A DNA stretch of 64,000 nt from Thermodesulfobacteriota bacterium (GTDB taxonomy: Bacteria > Desulfobacterota_D > UBA1144 > Nemesobacterales > UBA2774), in assembly GCA_965223335.1 (NCBI GenBank), contig OZ244991.1, positions 2,208,001 through 2,272,000 of the forward strand, read 5' to 3'. The notes below the pieces were generated by a model. That model was not told the origin of the DNA and made no database searches. It worked only from the letters and a program-made list of their open reading frames with translations. A program made the position numbers and the translations under genes. Positions 10,212-20,274 of this stretch are shown here, in pieces; positions within the stretch are counted from its first letter, which is position 1, and every line of letters starts with the position of its first letter.

Positions 10212-11054
10212 CTATGGTAAGTATAGCCCAGCGAGCACAAAAAGGAAGACGGCCGCGCCCACCAGGATGTTGATCCGAAAAAACGCCAGGTCCACGTCCT
10301 CGGCCTTCTGGTGCTCGTAATAGAGGAGCACACCCACCGCTACCATTAACAGTGCTGCCGCATAGGTCTTAAACATATAGAAGTATAAAAAAGCAATGGC
10401 AAAATAGGCAAGGTAGTGAAGCAGTTGCGAGACTAACAATGCGCGGTCCCTGCCATAGACCGCCACCATGGAGTATATATCGTTCTGCCTGTCGAATTCC
10501 TCGTCGAGCGTGGCGTATATGATATCGAAACCCGAGACCCAAAAGAATGTAAATAACGAGAGTATCACGGCGGGAAATATGTTGTCTAGAGAGCAGGTTA
10601 CAGCGATCCATCCTCCTAGAGGTGCTGTAGCCAGCCCAAGCCCTACCCCAAAGTGACAAAACGGCGTGAACCGCTTCATATAGGGGTAGACAATAAATAT
10701 CACAAGCGGGATGGGCGACAAATAAAGCACTAGGGGGCAGATGAGATATGCGGCTGCGAAATAAGCAGCCAGGCCCAGTAAGAGCACCCCATAGGCGCTT
10801 GTGCCCGTGAGCTTGCCCGAGGGGAGTTCTCTTTGGCTGGTGCGGGGGTTTTTGGCGTCGATCGACCGGTCTATTATTCTATTAAGCGCTAGAGCTGCCG
10901 TGCGCGCGGCCGTGCCTGCGATAATAATAAGAATTATGAGTTTCCATGGGGGCACACCCTTTGCAGCCAGGAAAGCCCCTGCGAATATAAGCGGGAGAGA
11001 AAAGAGCGTGTGCTCGAACTTAACGAAGTTTAGATAGTGTTTTAGTTTCTCCAT
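10212..11054 (-). CDS. mqnP: UbiA-family 1,4-dihydroxy-6-naphthoate prenyltransferase (MqnP-type)
   Basis: KFEHTLFSLP, NRIIDR.IDA.NPRT..RELP, GFDIIYA; multiple TM segments; start moved to MEKLK. Confidence 0.88.
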   Translation of the reverse strand: MEKLKHYLNFVKFEHTLFSLPLIFAGAFLAAKGVPPWKLIILIIIAGTAARTAALALNRIIDRSIDAKNPRTSQRELPSGKLTGTSAYGVLLLGLAAYFAAAYLICPLVLYLSPIPLVIFIVYPYMKRFTPFCHFGVGLGLATAPLGGWIAVTCSLDNIFPAVILSLFTFFWVSGFDIIYATLDEEFDRQNDIYSMVAVYGRDRALLVSQLLHYLAYFAIAFLYFYMFKTYAAALLMVAVGVLLYYEHQKAEDVDLAFFRINILVGAAVFLFVLAGLYLP

Positions 11055-11208
11055 CCTTACACGAACCATTTTACCTGATCCGGGACGCGCAACACTAAGC
11101 ACTCTGTTGGAACCGGCCGTGTGTTCTTAATTTCTTAGATTGTTAAATTTTCTTTACTTTTGAGTCCCCTACTATAGAATAAGCTCTAATTGATTTAGGG
11201 GTGAAATC

Positions 11209-12567
11209 ATGTCGAGACCCGACCTTGCCTACCAGCTGATAATGAGCCTTGAAGAGGGCAATAACGACGCGATAAAGGCTGCGCTAAAGGATATCCATCC
11301 CTCCGAGCTTGCAGACGTGCTCTCTACGCTTGACCCCGAGCAGCAGCCCAAGATCCTGGATATGCTCGATAACGAGACTGCGTCCGAGGTGATTTTTGAG
11401 CTCGACCCCGAGCAGCGCGAGGACATACTCGAGTCGCTAGATGAAGAAAAGATCGCCGACCTGGTAGAGGAGATGGACTCGGACGACGCCGCGGACGTGA
11501 TCGGTGAGCTGCCCGAGACCACAGCCCAGACCGTGCTCGAGAAGATGGACCCCGAAGAGGTAAAAGAGGTCGAGCCCCTGCTCAAATACCCCGACGACAC
11601 CGCCGGGGGCCTTATGCAGACCGAGCTTGTAAAGGTGGGCGAAGAGCTTAGCGTGCGCGACATCATTAATTGGATACGCCTTATAGCGGACGAGGTCGAG
11701 GACTTTCATAACATTTATGTAACGGACGATAAGGACAAGCTAAGCGGCGTGATTAGCCTGACCAAGATCGTGCTGGCCAAGCCGGGAACAAAGGCCCGTG
11801 CCATCATGGAGCCCGTAGAGGTCACCGTGACCCCGTATATCGACCAAGAGGACGTTGTGGACGTGTTTCAGAAATATGACATCGTGTCACTGCCCGTGGT
11901 GGATGCCCGTGGGGTGCTGCTGGGGCGGATCACCGCAGATGACGTGCTAGACGTAGCCGAGGAAGAGGCGGTAGAGGATATGCTGCAGATGGCCGGTGTG
12001 GGAGTCGGAGACCACCTCCACCCCATCTATACCCCCACCTTTTCGCGCGTAAAAATTCGTACCCCTTGGCTTTTGCTTACTCTTTTTGGCGAGCTATTTA
12101 TCGCATTCATAATCATCTATGCGTTTCAGCCCACTCTGGAAAAAGTAGCCATACTCGCGGCCTTTATGCCCGCCATCATGGCCACCGGAGGCAACGTCGG
12201 TATACAGACCACAACTATTGTTATACGGAGCCTCGGGATGGGGACCATAAAGGTAAAGCAGCTCGTAAAACTCATAGGCTCGGAGATGCAGGTGGGCCTG
12301 GCACTCGGGCTTATATGCGGAGCCGTAGCGGCTCTATTGGGCGGTCTTATAAGCTATAACCAGCCCGAGGTCATTAAGCTTGCGATCGCGGTATTTGTAG
12401 CGATGGTATCTGCGACCTTGGCAACCTCTTTCATAGGAGTGGCAGCCCCTATCACGCTCTATAAACTAAACTTCGACCCGGCCGCAGCATCGGGGCCTTT
12501 CCTCACAATGTTTAACGATATATTCGGCTCGGTTTTCTATCTATTTATCGCCATGCTGATTTTTTAG
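11209..12567 (+). CDS. mgtE: Magnesium transporter
   Basis: Acidic N-domain, CBS pair, GGNVG.Q and DPAAASGPF TM motifs. Confidence 0.95.
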   Translation: MSRPDLAYQLIMSLEEGNNDAIKAALKDIHPSELADVLSTLDPEQQPKILDMLDNETASEVIFELDPEQREDILESLDEEKIADLVEEMDSDDAADVIGELPETTAQTVLEKMDPEEVKEVEPLLKYPDDTAGGLMQTELVKVGEELSVRDIINWIRLIADEVEDFHNIYVTDDKDKLSGVISLTKIVLAKPGTKARAIMEPVEVTVTPYIDQEDVVDVFQKYDIVSLPVVDARGVLLGRITADDVLDVAEEEAVEDMLQMAGVGVGDHLHPIYTPTFSRVKIRTPWLLLTLFGELFIAFIIIYAFQPTLEKVAILAAFMPAIMATGGNVGIQTTTIVIRSLGMGTIKVKQLVKLIGSEMQVGLALGLICGAVAALLGGLISYNQPEVIKLAIAVFVAMVSATLATSFIGVAAPITLYKLNFDPAAASGPFLTMFNDIFGSVFYLFIAMLIF

Positions 12568-12693
12568 TCGGTGCTCTTTTATAGCACGCATAGGGATATG
12601 GTTCTCTTTCTTTTATCTACGAATCTTCCATTTAAGAGTAATTTCATGCTAAACTAACATACTAGGGCAAAAATACAGGGGTAAGGGGTAGCG

Positions 12694-14415
12694 ATGTCAA
12701 AACCACGTAACAAGTTCCTTTATACAATATGTATTGCGTTTGTTTTGGGCTCGATCGCGGTGGTCGGGTGTACCAAGAGGTCCGGTACGTCTACAACAAA
12801 AGTTGTGGCAGATACCGTGTATATGAACGGCAAGATATATACAGTGAACGAGAGTGAGCCATGGGTCGAAGCAGTGGCTATAAAAGATGGGAAATTCATT
12901 GCCATAGGCAGTAACGCTGAGGTTGAAGCAGTTACAAGCACTGAGACGGTAGTAATTGACATGGCCGGGGCTTTTGCAATGCCGGGCTTGGTGGATGTGC
13001 ACACCCACCCTTCTATGTCCATGCTGTATAGGGTGTACTGCGAGTTGCCTGGGACGTTCTATCAACCGACCGAAGAGATGACTATAGAGGCGCTTAAAAA
13101 ATGTATAGAGGTTTATCCTGAGGATGAAAAGTGGTTCATTGCCGAGGGCTATTCATCGCCGGTTATGTCGGACAAGACACTGACGACTGAGTTTCTAGAC
13201 ACACTCATTAGCGACAGACCTGCGTACATAAAAGACGAATCGGGGCACTATGGATGGGCAAACACAAAGGCCTTTAAACTACTTGGGATTGATAAAAACA
13301 CACCCGACACCCCGGATGGTTATTATAGCCGTAAGCCTAATGGTGAGCCCGCGGGCCAGATATTCGAAGCTGCTATGAACCCCTTTGAAGATGCAATAAT
13401 GCCGCTATCACCCGAGACATCAAGGCTTGCGAAGACAAAGCTGTTAGATCAGGCAAGTGAAAAAGGGATTACCGCAACTGGTGATGCGTATGTGTTTGAG
13501 CATGACCTGGTTGATTGGCAGGCGCTTCATCAAAGCGGGGAGCTTGACCAGCACATAGTGCTCTTTATGAAGGGCAATCTGGGCACTGATGAGCTTACAC
13601 CCGTAACTGAGGTGCTGCGTTACTATGAGGATTACGATTTACCCGGACATCCCGGCGTAAAAGTGTCTATGGGTGGAGCCATTGAGTCGGCAACTGAGGT
13701 AATGGTGGACGGGTATAAGGACAACAAAGAGGTCCAGCCAATTATATCTATTGCCAAGTTTACAAAGTACGTGCAGGAGCTGGATGATGCCGGCATACAG
13801 TTAAAGGTACATGCAATAGGTGATGGTACTGTCCGAGCAACTTTGGACAGCTATGAACCTGTGATCAAGGCGCGCGGTACAAACGGCCTTAGACACCACA
13901 TTGACCATTGTAGTTATATACACCCCGATGATATGCCGAGATTTCAAGAGCTTGGGGTCGGATGTACGGCCTGGCCAATGCTGGGTGCGCCGATAGGTTA
14001 TATCAACAACCAAGCCAAGTACCTTAAAGAAGAAACATTCAGTAATGCGTTCCCAAATCGAGACATGCTGGATGCAGGTGTAATGCTCTCTAACCATTCC
14101 GATGCACCGCAGGCCAACCTGTGGCCGTGGTGGGGCATGGAAGCAACGATCACACGCGGATTCCCGGGGCACCCGGAGCTGGGCAAGTTGGGCCCTCACC
14201 AGGCTATCACGTTGGAGGAAACATTAAAGGTGCACACGATAAACGGTGCTTGGATACTAAGACTCGACGATCAAACAGGCTCGATAGAGGAAGGCAAGTG
14301 GGCCGATATGATAGTGCTTAACCATAATCTTTTTGATATACCCGCGACCGATATTCATAAGACCGAGGTAAAGCGCACCGTGTTTAAGGGTAATGTGGTC
14401 TATGAGGGGCAATAA
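12694..14415 (+). CDS. Amidohydrolase 3 (YtcJ-like) lipoprotein
   Basis: Lipobox VVGC; PGLVDVHTH, HAIGD, SD and GSIEEGKWAD motifs. Confidence 0.9.
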   Translation: MSKPRNKFLYTICIAFVLGSIAVVGCTKRSGTSTTKVVADTVYMNGKIYTVNESEPWVEAVAIKDGKFIAIGSNAEVEAVTSTETVVIDMAGAFAMPGLVDVHTHPSMSMLYRVYCELPGTFYQPTEEMTIEALKKCIEVYPEDEKWFIAEGYSSPVMSDKTLTTEFLDTLISDRPAYIKDESGHYGWANTKAFKLLGIDKNTPDTPDGYYSRKPNGEPAGQIFEAAMNPFEDAIMPLSPETSRLAKTKLLDQASEKGITATGDAYVFEHDLVDWQALHQSGELDQHIVLFMKGNLGTDELTPVTEVLRYYEDYDLPGHPGVKVSMGGAIESATEVMVDGYKDNKEVQPIISIAKFTKYVQELDDAGIQLKVHAIGDGTVRATLDSYEPVIKARGTNGLRHHIDHCSYIHPDDMPRFQELGVGCTAWPMLGAPIGYINNQAKYLKEETFSNAFPNRDMLDAGVMLSNHSDAPQANLWPWWGMEATITRGFPGHPELGKLGPHQAITLEETLKVHTINGAWILRLDDQTGSIEEGKWADMIVLNHNLFDIPATDIHKTEVKRTVFKGNVVYEGQ

Positions 14416-14580
14416 CGATGTTATCTGCAAATACTAGCGATCAGTCGGGACATTGCTGTATTGTCCCGACTCGCAAAACTTAGAATTTAAGTACCTCGAT
14501 CAGGTTTCTGAACTCGCCACAATTTTATTAAATCAACCATAAATTATACTTTTCGATATTTTTAGAGATAATAATTCCCT

Positions 14581-15288
14581 ATGCAAAACACCGAGGCTCT
14601 GTTGCTGCACAAGTTTCCGTTTGGTGAGGCCGACTATATCATATCGCTGCTTACAAAGGACGCTGGCAAGATAAGCGGCATAGCAAAGAACGCCAAGAAG
14701 AGCACAAAGAGGTTCGGTGCCAGGCTCGAGCCCTTTGTACATATACGCGTGCGCTACCGCGAGCGCGACGGGCACATGAAGTTTATAGAGGACACTGAGA
14801 CCGTGGGGCAGATGCCCGGGTTCTCGGAGGATATCGAGCTATTTATGTGGGGCAGTTTTTTGCTTGAGCTCACAGATATCCTCACAGCCATTGAAGAGCC
14901 CAATGAGGGGGTGTTCGAGCTATTGCTGGGTGCTCTCGGCGCCCTTAACAGTGGCGAGAGCAAATTGCCCGTGGTGCTCGACTACCTGCAGGGGGTTTTA
15001 GTGCTCGGGGGTGTGGCACCTGGGCTGGATGAGTGTGTGGAGTGCGGCAGGGAAACCGCCGATGAATGCGTTCTCAGCATAGAAAAAGGCGGGGTATTGT
15101 GCGAGACGTGCGGGGTAGCCAAAGGGGACGGGTATAAAATCAATAAAGAGTTTTTGGGTAACCGTGACCTTATGGAGATTCAACTGAAAGAGACGCTTAG
15201 GCATGTAAAGATATTGACTGAGTATGCAGAGTACCATAGCGACAAGGAGCTAAAATCAAAGGCATTTTTGGAGGATATAAACCTATGA
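14581..15288 (+). CDS. recO: DNA repair protein RecO
   Basis: GEADYII.LLT...GKI..IAK; CxxC..CxxC zinc motif. Confidence 0.92.
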   Translation: MQNTEALLLHKFPFGEADYIISLLTKDAGKISGIAKNAKKSTKRFGARLEPFVHIRVRYRERDGHMKFIEDTETVGQMPGFSEDIELFMWGSFLLELTDILTAIEEPNEGVFELLLGALGALNSGESKLPVVLDYLQGVLVLGGVAPGLDECVECGRETADECVLSIEKGGVLCETCGVAKGDGYKINKEFLGNRDLMEIQLKETLRHVKILTEYAEYHSDKELKSKAFLEDINL

Positions 15289-16463
15289 TTACAGTACCCG
15301 GATTTAGGGCTGCGGGGATATCGTCGGGGGTGAAGAAAAGGAGGGCCAAGGACCTGGCATTGATCCTGGCCGATACCAAGGTAAAGGCCGCGGGGGTTTT
15401 CACGACCAACCTGGTAAAGGCTGCACCAATATTGATAGGCAAGGAAAAGATCAAAAGCGGCTGGGTGCAGGCCGTGCTCATAAATAGCGGTATTGCCAAT
15501 GCGTTTACCGGTAGGGAGGGGATCAAAAACACGCAAAAGAGCACAAAGGCGCTTGCCAAGGCGCTGGGTATATCCGATGACCTGATTATGCCGAGTTCGA
15601 CAGGTGTGATCGGTGGCCCACTACCGGTGGATAAGATGATAAAGGCCTATCCCAAGCTCATACGCGCGCTTAAGCCCGACGGGTTCGAGGACGCTGCCGA
15701 GGGCATTATGACCACTGACGCGTACCCTAAATACGCCATGAGGCATATGAGGATGGGCAGGCGCAACTGCACCATAGCGGCCATCGGCAAGGGTGCGGGG
15801 ATGATCGAGCCCAATATGGCCACGATGCTCGCATATGTGATGACAGACCTGTGCATAACCAAATCCGCACTTAAAAAGGCTCTAAAAGAAGCTGCGAATA
15901 ACTCCTTTAACAAAATTATTGTGGATGGTGACACCTCACCCAACGACACGGTGCTATTGCTCGCAAGCGAGCAGGCCGGGAACAAATCGGTCAAAGATAC
16001 GGGCCCCGAGTACAGGAAGTTCGTAAAGACGCTCACTGAGATTATGACCGAGATAGCGCTAATGATTGTGCGCGACGGCGAGGGGGCCACAAAGGCAGTA
16101 AAGATCATCGTAAAGGGTGCCAAGACTCGCCTGCATGCTGACAAGGTAGCACGGACCATAGGCAACTCGCAGCTGGTAAAGACAGCGTTTTATGGCGAGG
16201 ACCCCAACTGGGGCAGGATCATTGCAGCCGCCGGACGAGCAGGAGTGGCATTTGACCCCGAGATTGCCGACCTGAGCATTGGGGACCAAAAGGTGCTGAG
16301 AAGGGGTAAGGACGTGATGGATGAAAAGAAGGTGGCCAAGGTTATGAAGTCGAGTGATTATTCCATCACGCTCGATCTAAAAGCCGGCAACGCGACGTCG
16401 TATGTAGTCGCAAGCGACCTTACAATGGACTATATCAAGATCAACGCCCATTATAGGACTTGA
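15285..16463 (+). CDS. argJ: Bifunctional ornithine acetyltransferase/N-acetylglutamate synthase
   Basis: STGVIG, IMTTD, KGAGMIEPNMATML, DGEGATK, DPNWGR motifs. Confidence 0.96.
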   Translation: MITVPGFRAAGISSGVKKRRAKDLALILADTKVKAAGVFTTNLVKAAPILIGKEKIKSGWVQAVLINSGIANAFTGREGIKNTQKSTKALAKALGISDDLIMPSSTGVIGGPLPVDKMIKAYPKLIRALKPDGFEDAAEGIMTTDAYPKYAMRHMRMGRRNCTIAAIGKGAGMIEPNMATMLAYVMTDLCITKSALKKALKEAANNSFNKIIVDGDTSPNDTVLLLASEQAGNKSVKDTGPEYRKFVKTLTEIMTEIALMIVRDGEGATKAVKIIVKGAKTRLHADKVARTIGNSQLVKTAFYGEDPNWGRIIAAAGRAGVAFDPEIADLSIGDQKVLRRGKDVMDEKKVAKVMKSSDYSITLDLKAGNATSYVVASDLTMDYIKINAHYRT

Positions 16464-17137
16464 TGGGGACCGCCAGTGAGCGGTTTTGTGCGAACGGCAG
16501 GCCGGGATAAAATAAAGGGACCGGGGTCTAGCGACCCAGGCAAAACATATTCCCGGACTTTAGTGTCAATGGGGACCGCAAGTTGGGGGCCGAGAGGGAG
16601 TAGTAGTATCACGACCGTAGGAAGGAATAATAGATTGGGGTCGTGGGAGGTCGAGTGAGCGGCAGGTAGGGATAAATTGGGGTCGTGGGGGGCGTGGACG
16701 CCCCATGTGTAAGGTAATGCCGGGACTCTATTAGCTCTAGGGCTTCCATCTTATCAGACCGACACCACTTACCTGTTTAATCTGCTACTTTTGCTTGACC
16801 AAAAGTAGCCAAAAGTCACCGACTGTACGGAAATGGCTAAAAATAATCTATCGAGGCTAAATGGATTTATCCCACCCCGACCCCGAAATCCATTTTTAAC
16901 GCCTCTCAATTTTATTTTCTATACGCCATTGCCGTAATGTCGGGGATGGGATTTACAATCTCATTTTGAAAAGGCAAAAGACTAAAGATATGAAAGCACA
17001 TATGGGGACCGCAAGGGAGCAGTAGTTAAGCGACCGACAGGGTATGAATGGGGGAGCGGGTGAATGTCGGGATTGGTGTCTATGACACCATAATGGAAAG
17101 GCTAAAAACAAAAGATATTCGTGCACAGGTTCTGTGC
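16464..17137 (+). repeat. Mosaic structured intergenic repeat, locus R2 (complete pseudoknot 16784-16818 plus rod 16819-16943)
   Basis: Fills the whole argJ/pyrD convergent gap; shares all modules with the other loci. Confidence 0.93.
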
Positions 17138-17139
17138 AA

Positions 17140-18240
17140 CTACACATCCGCGCCTACTATTTCGCTGAGTGAGCTTATGCCTTCGGTTTCCATGTACTCC
17201 AGAATACCGCGGTTTATGTTGCATGCTACGGCTGTGCCTTCGCCTCGGATGGCTGTGACTAGCTGGAGTGCTGTGGCGCCTGCGCGTATTTTCTCGAGCG
17301 CGGTGTCGGGGTCTTTTACTCCCCCTACCCCCATGATTTTCAAGCTGTCGCCGGCCTGTTTATAGATATGGCGGATCTTTTCCGTGGCCATTTTTCTGTA
17401 GTCGGGATCGTCGCCGCTTAGCCCTCCTGGTTTATCCATCCACTTGGCCCCGTACTTGGATTTAAGCTCGGGTAGTGCTGCGGTATTGGTAGCGATAAGC
17501 CCTGTGATATTGTGGTCGAGTGCGACCTCTATAAGATCGTCCACATCCGAGTCTGTAAGCTCGGGGGCTATTTTTACAAATAGCGGTTTAAGTCCGCCGC
17601 ACCCTGTCATGGTTTCGTTTACTGCGGCTACAATATCGTTATTAGCGCTTTTGGCTTGTAAATCTCTTAATCCCGGTGTGTTGGGCGAGCTTACGTTTAT
17701 TGCAAAGTAGTCGGCGTAGTCATACATCCGCTTTACCACTGTGGCATGGGATTGCGGTGCGTCTTTATGAGGTGTGTTTTTATTTAGCCCCACGCTTATG
17801 CCTATGGTCACGCCCCGGCCGACGTATCTGTCGAGGTTGCGTGCCACAACGTCCATGCCCGGGCTGTTGAAGCTTAGCCAGTTGAGGCAGACTCCGGGTG
17901 ACAGCATATATTGGCGCGGTTTGGGGTTGCCCTCCTGCGGGTGTTCTACAACGCTTCCCACCTCTACCCCTGCGAATCCCAGGTGCCAGAGTCCCATCAG
18001 CGCACGGCCCGCCTTGTCCCATCCCGCCCCTACAATAAGCGGGTTCTCGAGCACAAGCCCCCCGCCAAGGTCGGTCTCGAGCCTGGGGTTGCGCACCCTC
18101 TGCCACCCGCCGGTGCATAGCTCTATAGCGCGTAGTGTAAACGGCGAGATCTCGGCGAGTCTTAGCGACTCGCGGGCGAAGTTGTGCATGGATTCTGAAT
18201 CGAGGTGGTCTAGTATGGGTCGTATGATCTGTTTATACAT
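17140..18240 (-). CDS. pyrD: Quinone-dependent dihydroorotate dehydrogenase (class 2)
   Basis: AGWDK, Q.GNPKPR, NVSSPNTPGLR, VKIAP and GGLSG motifs. Confidence 0.95.
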   Translation of the reverse strand: MYKQIIRPILDHLDSESMHNFARESLRLAEISPFTLRAIELCTGGWQRVRNPRLETDLGGGLVLENPLIVGAGWDKAGRALMGLWHLGFAGVEVGSVVEHPQEGNPKPRQYMLSPGVCLNWLSFNSPGMDVVARNLDRYVGRGVTIGISVGLNKNTPHKDAPQSHATVVKRMYDYADYFAINVSSPNTPGLRDLQAKSANNDIVAAVNETMTGCGGLKPLFVKIAPELTDSDVDDLIEVALDHNITGLIATNTAALPELKSKYGAKWMDKPGGLSGDDPDYRKMATEKIRHIYKQAGDSLKIMGVGGVKDPDTALEKIRAGATALQLVTAIRGEGTAVACNINRGILEYMETEGISSLSEIVGADV

Positions 18241-19333
18241 TGAACCTAAACAGTATAATATCGCCGTCTTTAACTGTGTAGTCCTTGCCTTCCGAGCGCA
18301 TCTTGCCCACGTCGCGAAGTGCGTTCTCGGACCCGGCCTCTATGAAGTCCTCGTAGGACGCTGTTTCGGCCCTTATGAACCCCCGCTCGAAGTCCGAGTG
18401 TATTACGCCTGCGGCTTGGGGTGCCTTGGCGTCTTTGCGTACGGTCCAGGCACGGGCCTCTTTGGGCCCCTGAGTAAAAAAGGTGATAAGCCCTAGTTTG
18501 TCGTATGCGACTTTTATGAGTTTGTCGAGGCCAGAGTTCTCAAGCCCGAGGTCCTTGAGAAACAGCACTTTTTCGTCGTAGGGCAGCTCGGCGATCTCGG
18601 CCTCTATCTGTGCCGAGAGCACTATGACTTCCGATCCTTCCTGGGCGGCGTGTTTCTTCACAGCCTCTACGTCCGGGTTGCCCTCGCCGTCGGGGATGTC
18701 GCCCTCGGCCACATTACATATATATAGTACGGATTTGCTTGTAAGCAAAAACATCTCGCGTAGTACCTCGCGTGACCGGTCGTTTGTGGGGAAGTTGCGT
18801 ACCTTGCCCCCCTCTTCTACGAATTTGCGGAGTTCAGTAACTATCTCTAGAGTTTCCTTTGTTTTTTTATCGCCGCTTTTGGCCTGCGATGTAAGTCGTT
18901 CCTCACGCCGCTCGATTGTTTCCAGGTCTTTTAGCAATAGCTCGTCTTCTATGATGTTTATATCGCGAAGTGCGTTATTAGAGCCCTCTACGTGCACTAC
19001 GTTTTCGTCCTCGAAGCACCTGACGGTGTGTAGGATCAGGTCGACGTCGCGAATACTGGCCAAAAAGGCGTTGCCCCTGCCCTTGCCCTCCGATGCCCCT
19101 TTTACCAGGCCAGCAATATCCACTACCTCTAAATACGTGGGTGTGATCTTTGTGGGTTTAACCAGCTCGGCAATTTTGTGGAGCCTTGCGTCTGCGATGG
19201 GGATAACCCCTACGTTATCCTCAATCGTGCAGAAGGGGAAGTTGCCTACCTCGGCCCCGGCGTTTGTGAGTGCGTTAAAAAGTGTGGATTTCCCCACATT
19301 GGGAAGCCCTACGATTCCTGTTCTAAGTCCCAT
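18233..19333 (-). CDS. ychF: Redox-regulated ATPase YchF
   Basis: GIVGLPNVGKSTLFNALT, DIAGLVKGAS, HSDFERGFIRAE. Confidence 0.97.
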   Translation of the reverse strand: MGLRTGIVGLPNVGKSTLFNALTNAGAEVGNFPFCTIEDNVGVIPIADARLHKIAELVKPTKITPTYLEVVDIAGLVKGASEGKGRGNAFLASIRDVDLILHTVRCFEDENVVHVEGSNNALRDINIIEDELLLKDLETIERREERLTSQAKSGDKKTKETLEIVTELRKFVEEGGKVRNFPTNDRSREVLREMFLLTSKSVLYICNVAEGDIPDGEGNPDVEAVKKHAAQEGSEVIVLSAQIEAEIAELPYDEKVLFLKDLGLENSGLDKLIKVAYDKLGLITFFTQGPKEARAWTVRKDAKAPQAAGVIHSDFERGFIRAETASYEDFIEAGSENALRDVGKMRSEGKDYTVKDGDIILFRFNV

Positions 19334-19412
19334 ATATCTATAGCCTTTGTGTGCGGGATTTAATGCATGTTGCTAGCTACAGATATGCTACCGCACCCCA
19401 CCCCCTAGTCAA

Positions 19413-19853
19413 GGGGGCGTGGGCGCCCCATTCATAAGATAGTACCGGGACCATAGTGCCCATGGGGACCGCCAGTGAATGTAGTGTATGAGCGGCAGGC
19501 AGGGACAAAATATGAGACCGGGGGCCTCCAGGCCCTATTCAGGGGGGAGTGACGGGACTCAATTTGCACTAGGGATCATATATTGGTAGACCGATACTTA
19601 TTTACCTATTTACTTCATACTTTTTAGTGACAAAAAGTATGCAAAAGTCACCGACTACACATAAACGTGCTAAAAATAGTTTGCTTGAGCTAAATGATAT
19701 AATTCCACCCACACCCCGTATATCATTCTTAACGCTCGCACAAACGATTTTCTTAACGCCGTTCATGTGGATGTCGGATCTGGGATCTAGCGATCCCATA
19801 TTGAAAAGGCTAAAGACAAAATATATTCCTGCACAAGTAGGGGTCTGGAGTCT
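19413..19853 (+). repeat. Mosaic structured intergenic repeat, locus R3 (divergent rod allele 19651-19777)
   Basis: Same fold as R2 with compensatory stems; begins right after the ychF -35 box. Confidence 0.92.
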
Positions 19854-19875
19854 ATGTATAGGGTAATATAAACAT

Positions 19876-20154
19876 ATGCAGCTGCGGATAGAGATATGGA
19901 TGGATGAGAAAATCGAGTGGTCGTCCGAGGGAGACGGCACGGCCGAGCAGCTTAGGTTTGCGGGGCTTAAGATCCCAGCATATTTCCCCGACGACAAAAT
20001 AAACCTGGTTCTGGATAAGGACAATGTAACGCTCATTGACAAGAAGAGTGCGCTTAATGAAGTAATCGATAAGTTCCACAAACACAATGTAATGCTTTGT
20101 GACACCTCATTTAACACTATGATGGTGTTTATTTGGGATGTTAGTGATGACTAA
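19876..20154 (+). CDS. Hypothetical 92-aa protein
   Basis: Clean ORF with protein-like composition; no family recognised. Confidence 0.6.
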   Translation: MQLRIEIWMDEKIEWSSEGDGTAEQLRFAGLKIPAYFPDDKINLVLDKDNVTLIDKKSALNEVIDKFHKHNVMLCDTSFNTMMVFIWDVSDD

Positions 20155-20274
20155 GCCAACTAAGGCGAGCAATAGTTATGGGCTAGTGACCCAGGTACAG
20201 GTTTACTGACGAAAAAAAAACGAGTTAGAAAATAAAATAGTTGGGGATTAGGGTTAACTCTAAGTATACTTTTA

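Noticed and set aside
6712..11054. Radical SAM/UbiD cluster as a novel biosynthetic locus
   Set aside because: Fully explained by the known futalosine menaquinone pathway
16784..16943. Integron attC sites (TAAC motifs in a long hairpin)
   Set aside because: Ends do not read RYYYAAC...GTTRRRY, orientation is independent of the adjacent genes, copies flank housekeeping genes, and no integrase is present
18624..19343. Long antisense ORFs over pyrD, ychF, argJ, the LLM gene, ubiD and the surface protein
   Set aside because: Shadow ORFs of well-supported genes on the opposite strand
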